Positions 24,301-37,744 of a stretch of DNA of 64,000 nt are shown one piece after another. The number at the start of each line of letters is the position of its first letter. Position 1 is the first letter of the stretch. Below the pieces are notes generated by a model that saw nothing but the letters and a program-made list of their open reading frames with translations, had not been told where the DNA came from and did not search any database. Origin of the DNA: Octopus bimaculoides (Eukaryota); contig NC_068983.1 of assembly GCF_001194135.2 (NCBI RefSeq), positions 36,954,807 to 37,018,806 of the forward strand, written 5' to 3'. The position numbers and the translations under genes were made by a program.

Positions 24301-27300
24301 TTTGTATGTGGGTTTTTTTGTATAGCCTCTATAGCCTTAGGCCAACTTTGATCAACAAAGGCATTTTCATCACGTTTTTGTTACGCTTTTTTGTTTACGT
24401 ATAATGTATCTGAGACTTGCTTTTATGCGGTAGGTGTGATTTGAGGTAGATTTTCAGTAAACTCAGCTTTAGGGTATTTTATAAGGTTGTATCTAAATAT
24501 GACAAATTTATGAGAAATCTTACTGTCATGAGACTGGGTGTCTCCGCCTTCTTGTTTCATTATTATTATTATTATTATTAGGCATGAATAATTCATGCTA
24601 CATGATTTTCTTGATGCTCATTTAAAATACTTCGTTTTCCAATACTTGTTTGTTTAAACTTATGTAAACATCTGATGTGTTAAGTAAATTTGTTTTTCAT
24701 CAGGCTTGACTTCGATAGTCACAAAACTCTTCAAATAAGACATTGAATGGAAGTATTTAGCGGAAGACAAGATTTACCCCATTCAGTTTGGCTATGTAGT
24801 AAGCTTTGCTTTTCAACCGTATGGTTCCGGGTTCAGTCGGCACGATCCCAGGAATTTTTCGAAGGAAGGGCACAAGGTCAGAAGGGAATACAATTCCAGG
24901 AGAAAATAAGGCAAAACTTCTGCTCCCTCCCCCCTCATCACCACCCTTTAAGAAAATTTTTTTTTTTTTCGACACGAAAACGGGAAGGTTTGGCAAGCAA
25001 AATTTTAAAAATAAACAAACTTGGGAGAAAATGTTGGAGACGGCCGGAAGTCTTCCCAAAAATGGCGTAATAACATTATTTAGAAGAGCGCTCTTCTTTT
25101 ATTAAGGGAAGATACGTGCCCCTCAGCCCCTCCCCCTTGGGTCCGCCCCTGAGTTCCACTGCGTGACACCTTGGGCGAATGTCTTCTACTAGGCCCGCAA
25201 GCCAACCAAAGCCTTGTGAGTGTATTTGGTAGACGGAAACTGGAAGAAGCCTGTCATTTACATACATACATACAATCATAAATACATATATACATACATA
25301 GATACATAGAAGTTTATCATTTAAATACATATATGAGCATGTCTAGATATGTAACTACATGCCTGAGAATATATACATAAAACATACAAAGCTGCGCATA
25401 CATACATACATACATACAAACAAGTACTCTTCTCATTTTACTTGGACTCAACAACTAAACCAAGATTTACTTCAGTGCTATGAAAAAGCCAAAAATGACC
25501 CTTCAATTGGATACATGAAGCAGTTAAAACAATACTGGGACGAAGCCTCATCCCAACTTAAATACCATTATGGGGAAACAGCTCCAACAACAAGCAGCAT
25601 TTGTAAAAAAAACAAATCAACTGATCCTCGATCCTCCTAAAACACTGAAAAAGGGTCAAAATCTGCAGGACGCGGCGTAAAAAATTATGTAAACAAACCA
25701 CTGCTCCCGCCATCGCTAAATTTGAGTGTGTCTCCAAATTTAGCTGACTCAGTAGCGAAGACTAACACTAACTGTACCAACACTAACAGTAAAACATGCA
25801 AAATTGATGCAGAAACCTTTGCTATAGCAGTAGGCAAACTGCAGAATAGGAAGGCACCTAGAAGGGATCTAATAGCTGGATATTTGTACAAGAAGCTGTC
25901 ATTTTGTAGAAACCAATTGATATGTATGTTCAAAAGTCTGGTGCAGGTTATAGCTTGCACCAGACTTCTGCAACTGTTTTGGCAGGATTTTTACAGCTGG
26001 ATGCCCTTCCTAACACCAACCACTCAGCAGAGTGGACTTAGTGCTTTTTACATGGCACAAGTACAGACAAGGTCAGTTTTGGCAAGGTTTTTACAGCTGG
26101 ATGCCCTTCCAAATGCCAATCACTTTACAGTGTGGACTGGGCGCTTCTAAGTGACATCTGCACTGACAGGGTCACCAAGTACTTGCAAGACAAAAACAAT
26201 TGCTTTTGAGAGGGGAGGAGGCATTGGGGGAAGTGATGGAGGAAATAAGTTTTGTTCCAAAGCTCCAAGTTGTCCCCATAACTTATACAAATAACCCCTT
26301 AAAACAATATTAAGCACACATAATTATATTGTCTCACATTTGGAAATGTAATTAGAGTAAAATTTAATAATAGGTGAAGGTGTGGCTATGTGGTAAGAAG
26401 TGTGCTTCCCAACCACATGTTTCTGGGTTCAGTCCCACTGTGTGATATCTTAGGCAAGTGTCTTTCAACTATAGCCACTAGCTGACCAAAGTATTGTGAG
26501 TAGATTTGGTTGATGGAAACTGAAAGAAGCCTATTGTGTGTGTGTATTTTTCTTCCATCACTGCTTGACAACTGCCTTAGCAATTCAAGGAAAGAAATTG
26601 ATAGAATCAGTATCAGGCTTAAAAAAAGTACTAGGGTTGGTTTACTTGACTAGAATTCTTCAAGGCAGAGTGTCCCAGCATGGCCACAGTCAAATGACTG
26701 AAACAAGTAAAAAATAAAAGAACATGCATATAATCAATAAATAATAAAAAAATATATATAACTGAAAAATATCGTAACTAGTAGACTCTTTGACTGATTG
26801 CCAATCCATGTTATCACAAACCAATTTGTCATAAGCATAAATCAGTAAACAAATGAGTATATCATGTTAATTCATTGCCCTGCCACCCTCCCAGGGGGAT
26901 GAAAGTAAAGTTGACCTTGGCAGGCTTTGAACTCAGAATGTATAGAATTATAACTAAAAATAGCACAGCATTTTCCCTAATGCTTTAATTAACTACAAAT
27001 CCACTGCCAAACAACATTAGGCTATTATTTACATAGATATTTAAATAATTGCTGCTGTTTAAAAACACTACAATACCCAATGTTTATCTATTGTGTTTTT
27101 CTTTCTTTATTCATGCTGGTAGAGTTTCTTAAGTGATATACACTTAATTATTGCTTAACATTTTAAACAATGTATGCTTTGTTTGCTTTTCAGGAAGTCC
27201 TGCAAAATTATGTTACAGCTGCAGCTATACATACACAAGTACTCGTATTGGAGAAGAATGCCTGTATGCTCCAATGAATGTATCAACAGCAAACCTTGTG

Positions 27301-28909
27301 GCTTGTAACTCAAAATGCTATTCAAGGGCTGTTTATACAAGAGGTGCGTAACCATTTAATAATATGCTGGTGAAATGTAGAACTAGGTTAATCTTTAGAA
27401 AAGAAATATTATATTACTAATGTTAGTAATTGTCCTAGCATAATTTAACCCTTTTAATACCAATCTGCTAGAGATCACCCCTGCTTCTCTGTTACAATCC
27501 TCCTCTATCAAAATATCATGTTAATTTATGAACCAAATGGTATTTGGTTCATAATTCTTCATTAATTTCAAACTCAATTGAAACAAAGGGAGTGCAGTAT
27601 TTCATCAGAACTAGGGTAACATAAAGGTTAAGATCTAAATTGGAAATGGTTTGGTGATTGGGGTATGAATGAAATATTGAATTACAGGAATTTAGAGTTA
27701 AGTTTAGTAGGAAGTGGTTTCAACCAACTAATGACTGACTATGTGTTTATTATTCTTTGGTGTTATAAAAAAAGACCTTAAGTTTAGGTATAGATTTATC
27801 CAGAAAGTTTTTGCTATTAATGCCTATGTTAGATTTGGGGCAGTCAGATGAGATACATACTATTAAAATTACAGTTTTTACAGTATTATTATTTTCTCTT
27901 TATCACAGGTTTTGTTGGAGCTCCTGGAGTCTTGCATGCATAGCAGGCTTGCTACCTGCAGCCTACAGTACCATGCTGTTAGTTCTTTTCAGCTATCTAG
28001 TACTTTTCTGATTATTCTGGCCATACCAAGGAGGCAAACTTTTTGCAACAGTTCAACTGGGCACTCTATTCTAATTTCTTTTATATTCCCCTTGATGCCT
28101 TCTGATACTGTTCCCAAGGGCTCAACAATAATTGGCACTATCTTCACCGTTTTCATTTTCCATAAACGGGCTATTTCATACTTAAAAGCATTGTATCTAT
28201 CTATCTTTTCACCTTTCTTCTTGACTATTCATAGGTCAAAGGGGCATGCAACATCAACTATATAGCACATGTGGTGCACCTTGTCCACCACCACTTGGTC
28301 TGGTCTATTATGCTCTAGCACCTGATCTGTTTGGATTGGGAAATCCCAGAGGATTTTGCTAGTCTTTGACTCCATCACTCTCTGCAGTTTGTGCTCATAC
28401 CATGTCTTGCCTCTCTCAAGCCCCCACTTTTTGCACAGTTTCCAATGTAGCACTTTCACTACCTGGTCATGTCACCACAACTTGTAGTAGTTTGGGCAAG
28501 TCTAGGGCATTCATTCGTGATATGGGAAATGGTTTCATCAACTCTATTGCAGATGTGGCACAGTGGAGACACTTGCTCATTCCTAAGGTTGACCCTCCAG
28601 TTCATGGCTAAAGCTTGGTCTTGCCCTGCCAGTATAGTGCTCTCATTTTCTTTTTTTTATTGTTCCTTTCATCAGCCAATCCAACCTATTTTTTCCAGCA
28701 ACTTCTGTTGTGGCTACATAGAATTGATAGTGTAGTCCCTTCTTGCGAAATTCTTCATGTCTTTTTTGTACTTCTTCCTTTGTTTTCCCTTTTTTCTCTG
28801 CTCTCAATATTCCCCCGTTCCTAACTAGCAAGGTTTCCTTACTTTGGGTTAGGTAATTGAATAGCCCCATTCCTCCAAAATATTTTCAAGGCCTTGTGCC
28901 TAGAGTAGA

Positions 28910-28952
<43 letters not shown>

Positions 28953-29138
28953 GAGTCAAAATTAAAAGAAAAATGCCATTGTCATCTAGTGAACGATATT
29001 TCAACATCTCATGTGTACTAGTCGATTTGCTCGACTAAAGGCGGTGCTCCAGCATGGCCACAGTCAAATGACTGAAACAAATAAAAGAGTAAAGAGTATA
29101 TTTGTATTGAGTCCTGTGTTTTATTGCTTCCAGTGAAT

Positions 29139-29173
<35 letters not shown>

Positions 29174-29979
29174 ATCTATTCCATCTCAATCACAGATTTT
29201 TTAATTAGTTTTTTTAACTAAACAGTTTGAAACTTCAAATACTGGTAGAATTTCTCATGGAGAACACGGTTTACTTTGAACATTTTTGACAAAATTTCCT
29301 ATTTTAGAAGTTATTTTGTGTTAAAATTGTCGTATTTGGGTAATTTCAACCAATCAACAACATGTTCGCGCCTGAAGGAAGCTACTGCTGTTTGCGATAG
29401 TAATCGATGAGGAACAATTTCCGGGTCATCTCTACTAAATGTCACCACTCTGTTCTATTCATCACCTGTATCCTTTCTTCCTTTCTAGTCAGCACTGTGC
29501 ATTTATATGTGTGTATATATATATTAATGTATGTATGTATATACTTTCTTTTGTTCAACTAAAATAAAGCAATATTTATAATTATCCTAAATTTCATTCT
29601 ACTTCCTATCTTCCATTGTTTTGCTTATTAAATTATTCTTTACAAAACTGCTGTATACATTAATAATGTTAGGAACTCATTGCTAAAAATATCTTCATCA
29701 CTAATTGTTATTAATTATATGACAAAGGCAGCGAGCTGGCAGAATCATTATCACACTGGACGGAATGCCTGTCATTACGTTCTGAGTTCAAATTCTGCTG
29801 AGGTCAACTTCGCCTTTCATCCTTTTGGGGTCGATAAATTAATTACCAGTTATGCACTGGGGTCAATGTAATTGACTTAATCCCCTTTCCCAAGCTGCCC
29901 TTGTGGCAAAAATTTGAAATCATTATTAATTATATAACATCTGCTTATTTAGCTCTGACAAATTTTACCTTATTTATTA

Positions 29980-30022
<43 letters not shown>

Positions 30023-32155
30023 GGTGGCAAGCTGGCAGAATCATTAGCATGCGGAACGAAATGCTTAGCAGCATTCTCTCCGTCTTTACATTCTGAGTTC
30101 AAATTCCACCGGAGTTGACTTTGCCTTTCATCCTTTTGGGGTCGATAAAATAAGTACCAGTTGAGTACTGGGAATGATGTAATGGACTATCCCACTCACC
30201 TAAATTTCAAGCTTTGTGTCTATAGTAGAAAGGACTATTGTTATTATTATTATTATTATTGGGTATTCTACCAAAATTTGATATTGTCATGTGCAGTGGA
30301 TATGAATTGAATAAGAAACACTGGTATTCGTGCATCATCCGAATGTGGTCGATGCCTGTGCCGCTTGACTGGCCCCCGTGCTGGTGGTACGTAAAAAGCA
30401 CCCACTACATTCTCAGTGGTTGGCGTTAGGAAGGGCATCCAGCTGTAGAAACTTTGCCTGATCAGATTGGAGCCTCTTGCAGTCCCCAGCTTAGCAGTCC
30501 TCAGTCAAACCGTCCAACCCATACCAGCGTAGAAAGTGTCTGTCAAACGATAATGTTGATAATTATGAGCCAGACTATCTTTAACAAGTTGTTTGTTAGC
30601 TTCTAGATATAGCTTAGAGAGTTATGGCCCCTGTTTGGCTTATCTATCTAAAATACCTTTTGTCACCCAGTCTAACACCAACATATAACTTTTGGGCCGT
30701 TATGTAGATGTCAAACTGGGTGGAAGGTCAGGTTTCCAGTTTGAGAATATCTTCTTTCTCTCGTTCCAATTCCAGCAGCCTTGTAAAAGGCAGGGAGAAA
30801 ACAAAAAGCCTTTTTTTTACCTGATTTACTCCATATTCCTTCTCGTTTTGATGTGTACACATGGACTGTAAACAAGAGCCTCATTATTTATACACACGGT
30901 GTCATTTGTTTGCAGTTCTCTATGAAAGCATGTCCAGGCTGTCTGTTGTTCACTAGACTGGAGGATTATTTACTTCCTTGGAAACAGATGAACGCCATCG
31001 GGTGATAGAAAAGTCTTCTGTAATGGTGAACCATGCATACACACAGAACAGTAGATGCCAAAATGATGATGATGACAAAAAAAACAGTAATAGGCGCAGG
31101 AGTGGCTTGCTTACCAACCACATGGTTCTGGGTTCATTCCCACTGCGTGGCACCTTGGGCAAGTGTCTTCTACTATAGCCTCGGGCCGACCAAAGCCTTG
31201 TGAGTGGATTTGGTAGACAGAAACTGAAAGAAGCCTGTCGTATATATGTATATATATATATATGTGTGTCTGTGTTTGTCCCCCCAACATCGCTTGACAA
31301 CCGATGCTGGTGTGTTTACGTCCCCGTAACTTAGCTGTTCGACAAAAGAGACCGATAGAATAAGTACTAGGCATCCAAAGAATAAGTCCTGGGGTCGATT
31401 TACTCGACTAAAGGCGGTGCTCCAGCATGGCCGCAGTCAAATGACTGAAACAAGTAAAAAAAAAAACAGTAATGATTGTATCTCTCTCTCTCTCAAACTT
31501 TTTAAACCTAGGAACACTGTTCTTCTTTCTGTAGCATCAGGTTGATGAACAACCTCTAGTAATTTCTTTAGCAAATGCTGTGTTTGTCATGGAATTATTA
31601 TGGGAGTATACAACAATGGTTTCCTGTATGTTAATGTTAGAAATCAAGTTAATGTTTTTTTTTTGTTTTTTTTTTAATATCATTACAGGGTCAAAGGAGA
31701 GACGAGTCAACTCAGCTGTTCGAGGATGTTGGACGGATGGCTTGTATGAAATGTACAAGTCATGTACATCGAGCTTACATGAAGAAACCTGTACCCGGAC
31801 TTGCTATGGAGCCAAGTGTAACACATGGAGTCTCTATTATATTGCAAATGCAGATGGAGAACACAATGGTGACGACAAAGATCCATACAATGAGCCAGAA
31901 AATGAGAATCGACCAAACATGAAATCAGAAAATGGGAATGAGTCAAATAAGAAAGGAGGTGAGAATGGTTCAAATGTGAACTCAGAAGAGAAATATGAAC
32001 CATACCCAGGAATGATAAACGAAACAAATTATGCAAAGGAAACAACTTTTCCGACTTCTTCAAACACCACTTTATCCAGTCCTGGTCCACAAAACTGTTA
32101 CAGTGTTTTATTTATGGTTTTGACTATTGTACTTAGTTTTATAGTTTGGGTATAA
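18257..32155 (+). CDS. Ly6/uPAR (three-finger, quiver/sleepless-like) GPI-anchored protein, 225 aa; join(18257..18317,27194..27343,31689..32155)
   Basis: Three exons join in phase 1/1 to a 678-nt stop-free ORF: signal peptide MEVSCVNLIFAAIVTLCLPQG, 10-Cys domain CYSC...RGC...CTRTCYGAKCN, polar stalk, and a 19-aa hydrophobic C-terminus with no cytoplasmic tail. All splice sites are canonical GT/AG. Confidence 0.85.
19766..20330. mobile_element. hAT (Charlie-like) MITE interrupted by an RTE fragment
   Basis: CAGTGGTTCTCAACC left end, degenerate GGTTGAG...CCG right end, 8-bp TSD ATCTAATG/ATTTAATG. Confidence 0.6.
19865..20195 (-). mobile_element. RTE-clade LINE 3' end
   Basis: RLRFAVHCWRSKELVSNV...GRPRKTYIQQVAEDVGC...REVVRLARAISLTG, across a frameshift. 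Confidence 0.65.
24834..25151. mobile_element. GC-ended MITE (PIF/Harbinger-like) nested in a SINE head
   Basis: Right end GGGTCCGCCCCTG with a degenerate left end. The SINE sequence GGGTTCAGT...CCACTGCGTGACACCTTGGG is split by it. Confidence 0.45.
25425..25930 (+). pseudogene. N-terminal ORF fragment of an R4/Dong-like non-LTR element
   Basis: FTWTQQLNQDLLQCYEKAKNDPSIGYMKQLKQYWDE-HPNLNTIMGKQLQQQAAFVKK resembles the 'W..E.N.DL..CY....GYMKRL..W...HP....KQLRQQA' N-terminal module. Confidence 0.5.
27194..27343 (+). CDS. Ly6-like gene, coding exon 2 (SPAKLCYSC...CNSKCYSRAVYTR-G)
   Basis: Acceptor tttgtttgcttttcAG, donor AGAG|GTGCGT, 150 nt, phase 1-1, 5 Cys including the CYxC start of an LU domain. 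Confidence 0.88.
27884..28870 (-). mobile_element. 3' fragment of an R4/Dong-like RLE non-LTR retrotransposon in Ly6 intron 2
   Basis: ESTILAGQDQAL...SPLCHICNRVDETISHITNECPRLAQ (CCHC knuckle)...WYEHK...KILWDFPIQTDQVLEHNRPD...IVDVACPFD...IVPIIVEPLGTV...RKVLDS*; several frameshifts. Confidence 0.85.
31094..31460 (+). mobile_element. tRNA-derived SINE family B (internal AT/GT microsatellite), near full length
   Basis: GGCGCAGGAGTGGCT...GGGTTCATTCCCACTGCG...CAAATGACTGAAACAAGTAAAA. Related copies near 8600, 12335-12930 (-), 24785-25260, 26375-26720, 47625-47990, 50155 and 53527-53890 (-). Confidence 0.88.
31689..32155 (+). CDS. Ly6-like gene, coding exon 3 (second half of LU domain, acidic stalk, GPI signal)
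   Basis: Acceptor ...catttacAG-like (cattacAG) after a T tract. Encodes RGC...C...C-x3-C-x4-CN, then an N/E/D/K-rich linker and the hydrophobic tail VLFMVLTIVLSFIVWV*. Confidence 0.9.
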
Positions 32156-35100
32156 TACTGATGTGTGCTGTGGAAGGTTGTTGATTTGTTGGTTGGTGAT
32201 GTGATTGTAGTTTCTTTGGCAAAACAAATCTGTGATTGTATTTCATCTCAGCAGGAAATGATTCACTTAACCTCACTTTACATTTGGGCTAAGCTTGAAT
32301 TTTANNNNNNNNNNNNNNNNNNNNNNNNNNNNNNNNNNNNNNNNNNNNNNNNNNNNNNNNNNNNNNNNNNNNNNNNNNNNNNNNNNNNNNNNNNNNNNNN
32401 NNNNNNNNNNNNNNNNNNNNNNNNNNNNNNNNNNNNNNNNNNNNNNNNNNNNNNNNNNNNNNNNNNNNNNNNNNNNNNNNNNNNNNNNNNNNNNNNNNNN
32501 NNNNNCTCTCCCCTCTGCTTCTTATAAAAAAAATGGAATTATTATTATTGAGAATATTACTTGTTTTATTTTTTTTTAACAAAAATAAATTTTTATCTTA
32601 TACAAAAAAATTATGTTTTAAAATTTATTTTTGTTTTACAGCATAAATGAGCCTGTTAAAATTTTAAGTTGACAAGAAATGACAAACTGACAATCATAAT
32701 TTCTGAAATTTACTTCATTTCTTATCAAACATTTCTTATCACCAAACATTTCTTATCACCAAGCTATTTAGTCTCCAATCTAGTTATCTACAGCTTTATA
32801 AGACAACCAATGATTTGTGTCCATTTGTGTAATTGATTAAATTTCACTGGATGCTACAACAATACATATATCTCTCACATTCATTAAGCTTTCTTTTGTT
32901 CACAGGAATCCTTCTTATCCACTTGAGATTTTATGCCAGTAAGATCTGATATATTCCCATATACATGCTGGTACCATGTAACAAGCACCTGTATTGTGCT
33001 ACATAAAAAGCACCCATGCTGGTGTCATGTAAAAAGCATCAATTGGAATTTACTAGAAAAGTGCAGACCTTTTTTTAACAGCAGTAGGAGATACAGACTT
33101 TGCTTTGCAGAGAAAAGAATTCCCTCCACCCAGAGGTATATCTGAATTCTATAAGCAAAGTTTATCTTAACCAACTGATTAATTCCCTCCTAGCAGTAAG
33201 GGTTGGTTCATTAGAAGTCTTCTCATCATAAAAAGGACTTTATTCCTCTCATAGCCAGTGCATATGCACCTAAACATATTCTTCAAGAAAATCTTACTTT
33301 CATCTCTCCCCTTCTTTCTTTCTTTCTCCCTCTCTCTGTTTCATTAACCAGCTAGCTACTAACATCACAATATGCTTTTTTTCTCTTCTGTTACTACTGT
33401 AACAGCATCTGCTCCCCTATATTAGTTAGCTGTACAACCTCTGCCCCTACCCCTATACATACATATTCCCTCTCAATACACTCATCTGTCATCCTCCTCT
33501 TCCTCTTACTGAGTGTTACTTTCCAGATCCTGTACTAAACAGTTCTCTTTGCAACCCTCTGAAATTTTAACCTCTTCCCCTGTTTTCCATCATACATCAA
33601 CCTACAATGCTATGCCTGTGCCAATTACTAGTTTAGAAATATCTTACATTTCTTTATATACACTCGTAATTACTTGTTTAATCCTTTTGATATCAACCCA
33701 TCTTAGAACCACCCCTAGTTCTATGATACAAGCTTTGTTTTAGAGTGATCAAAGTTAAAACATACCATCAAAATTTTATGTTAATTTAAGTTACAAATGC
33801 TAGGTTAATAATCCTCATTATTATCATCTTTTACCATCCATCTTCCAAGCTGGCATGGGTTAGATGGATCCAATGGGTCGAAGGACTACATTTTGCTACA
33901 AAGTTATTTTACTAAATTCTTCATTATTTTCAAAATTAATTGAATCAAAAGCAGTGTATTTCAACAGAAATATAGAATCATAAGAGTTAGATTTAAGATT
34001 TAATTATTAAAGGCTTTCCAATCATGACCGTCCTGTTTGAAGTAACTACAGTTGTATTTAAAACAGAAATCCAATTGATTTCACTGGTCTGGTAAGATTT
34101 TTCAAATGTCACAGACACTGCCCTGAAGGTGGCACCACGTAAAAAGCACCCAGTACACTCTGTAAAGTGGTTGGCATTAAGAAAGGCATCCAGCTGTAGA
34201 AACCTTGCAGCCCCTCACCTTACCAGCTCCTGTCAAAATGTCCAACCCTTGCCAGCATGGAAAATGAGCATTAAATGATGATGATGATGAGTGCCTCTTC
34301 TCAAGGCTGGTGCTATACTTTTGGCAAACAAAGTGATCACCTAGGGTGCTAAGATCTGGGTGTACGAGAAAAATACAAAAATATACATAAGAAACTTTTT
34401 TAACTTTAAACCCCTTAGCCATACAATCTCAGTCACTTATATGCCATGAGAATCAGATTAAGCTCCAACATTATGAGTTCTGGGATTCATGACCCCATGA
34501 CAGACCAAAGTCTAGTTAAGTAAGTAACCATATCTATGAATGAAAAATTGCTGTAGTTGTCTGGACAATGTTTTAGCAGATTCAGAAAACTGAATCATTA
34601 CTAACTGAACTATTGATGCAATATTGAATGCTGTATCAAATTCCGCCGAGGTCAACTTTGCCTTTCACCCTTTCGGGGTCAATAAATTAAGTATCAGTTG
34701 TGTACTGGAGTTGATCTAATCGACTGGCCCTACTCCCCAAAAATTTCAGGCCTTGTGCCTAGAGTAGAAAAGAATATTGTACACTGTTATTATAAACTGT
34801 TGCTCTGAGTTGTATTCAGCAAAGAGTCACAACTGGGAGAAGGGAGCATTCATTGTAGTGCTAGCCTTTGAATATCATGCTACCAATCCTGCTCTTTCTC
34901 CTCCTCCTCAAAACCTAGAAAAAAAAATGGAATTAGAACAAACAACCCATAACATTCCCCTCAAATACCAACTATTTGATAGAGTAGATAATTAGTAGAG
35001 AATGAACTGTTACACAATCTGTTAATATTGCTGTTGTTTGGTACCAGCTCAATATAGAAGAGGATACTTAATGGTTAATTAATGATCATCCCATTTTTTC

Positions 35101-36401
35101 ATCATCATTTAACATGGGCTTTGACAGGAATTGATGGATCCAAGGACTGCATCATGCTCCAGTGTTTGCTTTTTCATGGTTTTGTTGGCTGGATGCCAAC
35201 CATTTTACAGCTTGCAATTCTACAAACCCAAAAATGTTGGAGTGCAGTTTATGCAAAGAGAATGAAGAGTAAAAAGGAGTAAAGTATAAGAGAAAAGGGC
35301 TTGAGCAAAACAGGTTTTTTGCTGTAGAGGAGCTCCATAACTACCCACATTTTAGAAGAGGTGGTTAGGGTGATCAGGAGTAACTGGAAAGCAATAAAAA
35401 ATAGTAGTGAAAGGTGTCAGGGTGCACCTTTAAAATATGAGGTAGGTAGGAACAAGTGAGATAGAGGTGCCAAGAGTGAGGGGAGAGGGTAGAGGATGTC
35501 TGATAGTGCAGAGCAGCAGAGTAGAAATGATGGTACAGTAAACAGGGGAAGGATGAAAGAGAGATGACATGCTGTTGGGGAGGTTACAAGAATGAACGAG
35601 GAGTTTTATCTGTATAAAATATATATCTAAGGAAACATTATCTATGTCCTTCCCTTTCATTAAGATAGTAGGAAGGATTTAGTTTCTATCGTTAACAATC
35701 TCACTGTGTTGAGATTCCCTTAGCTCTATAATGCAGCAAGCCAAATACTAGTCACGTCATTGACATATGTAGGTGTTGCCATATTTCTTACAAAATAACT
35801 TTGTAAAGTTATTTAATCCATTAGAATCTCAACAAAGGCAAAAGTATTTGTGTTTCTGAATAGAGGTTACATTAATTCCCCTCGATAGACTTGTTGACTA
35901 AAATTTAAGCAATAGGAAGATCATTTCCTCCCAGGTGAACAACAAAATGGGAGTGGAGGCAGTACGCTCTTCTCAAGTAGCCAGGTGTATCAAAATCTAA
36001 AATTAAAGCAGCCACTATTTAAAAAAAGCTTTCCTGTTGTTTATTTATATATAAACATCAAACTTGCCGGCATTGAATAACAACTTATAAATGTTATAAT
36101 TATATAGTTATAAAATATTTATAGGAAGAACTGGAATGAAAGTAAGCTCTCAACAAACGGAGTTTATGAGTGGGTTTCTATTCCTGGTGGCTGCTATTTC
36201 CCTTCACTTACACTATTTACCCTCTTTCTAAAGGCAATGAACACCACAAATGCTTATCCTACCTTCTCTATGAATTTTAAGCTCTGTTCCCATGTAAGCA
36301 ATCAATATTGTTGATGAAATGTATTTCCTTTAAAATGTTTCAGCTGCTGAGGATCATATGCCAAACGCATTAGACAAATATCGCTTAATAAACTCATCAT
36401 G

Positions 36402-36793
36402 GTGGAGGCACAATGGCCCAGTGGTTAGGGCAGAGGACTCGCGGTCATAGGATCGCGGTTTCGATTCCCAGACCGGGCGTTGTGAGTGTTTATTAAGCGA
36501 AAACACCTAAAGCTCCACGAGGCTCTGGCAGGGGATGGTGGCGAACCCTGCTGTACTCTTTCACCACAACTTTCCCTCATTCTTGCTTCCTGTTTCTGTT
36601 GTACCTGTAATTCAAAGGGCCAGCCTTGTCACATTCTGTGTCATGCTGAATATCCCCGAGATCTACGTTAAGGGTACATGTGTCTGTGGAGTGCTCAGCC
36701 ACTTGCACATTAATTTCACGAGCAGGCTGTTCCGTTAATCGGATCAACTGGAACCCTCGACGTCGTAAGCGACGGAGTGCCAACAACAACAAC
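36402..36793 (+). mobile_element. tRNA-derived SINE, (CAA)n-tailed family, with exact 12-bp TSD
   Basis: TSD AAACTCATCATG at 36390-36401 and 36794-36805; A/B boxes; (CAA)n tail. Confidence 0.92.
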
Positions 36794-37744
36794 AAACTCA
36801 TCATGCTTCAAAATAAGGACCACGTGTTTAACACTGGGGTGTTGAGACCAACCCACCTGCAACTACCCCTGGTTCTAAACTTGCTATTTTAAAGTGATCT
36901 AACTTAAAATCTTCCATCAAAATTTATGTTGATTTGTTCCAGATACCAGCTTAATATTACTAGTTATTTTATTATGGTCTCAAGAAAAGGGTTAGAGTGA
37001 CCTAAGTAGAAGCCTGCCATCAAAATCTCATGCTAATTTATATCCCAAACACCAGCCAGCAATTCTTTCTACATTAGACACAAGATCTGAAATGTTGAAA
37101 GAAGGGGCTAATTGATTACAATGATCCTAGTGTACAACTGGTACTTAATTTTATCAACCCCAAAGGAATGAAAAGACAAAGTTGATCTTCGCAGGATTTG
37201 AACTTAAAACACAAATTAAGAAGAAATGCTGCTGAGAATTTTGTCCAGTATGTTAACAATTCTGCCAGTTTAATAATGATTTCAAATTTTGGCACAAGGC
37301 CAGCAGTTTCGTGGGAGGGGTAAGTTGATTACATTGACCCCCAGAGTTCAACTAGTACTTATTTTATCGACCCCGAAAGGATGAAAGGCAAAGTTGACCC
37401 CAGTGGAATTTGAACTCAGAATGTAAAAATGGATAAAATACTGCTAAGCATTTTGTCTGGTATGCTAACAATTCTACCAGCACAACCTAATAATGACAAT
37501 TACTTTACTAAATTCTTCATCATCATCGTTTTCCATGCTGGTATAGGTTGGACAGTTTGACATGGAGCTGGCCAGCCCCCAATTGTCTGTTGTGGCATGG
37601 TTTCTACAGCTGGATGCTCTTCCTATTACCAACCACTTAACAGAGTGTGCTGGATACTTTCTATGTGCCAGCAGCACTGGTATGGGTGCTTTTTATGTGG
37701 CACCAGCACCTGAAAGGACAACCCTGTATGTGTGGAAGACAGTG

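Noticed and set aside
24747-24798. Alternative first exon MEVFSGRQDLPHSVWLC ending at GTAAGC for the Ly6 gene
   Set aside because: Not hydrophobic, and the apparent donor lies in a degenerate SINE head. The 18257 exon gives a proper signal peptide.
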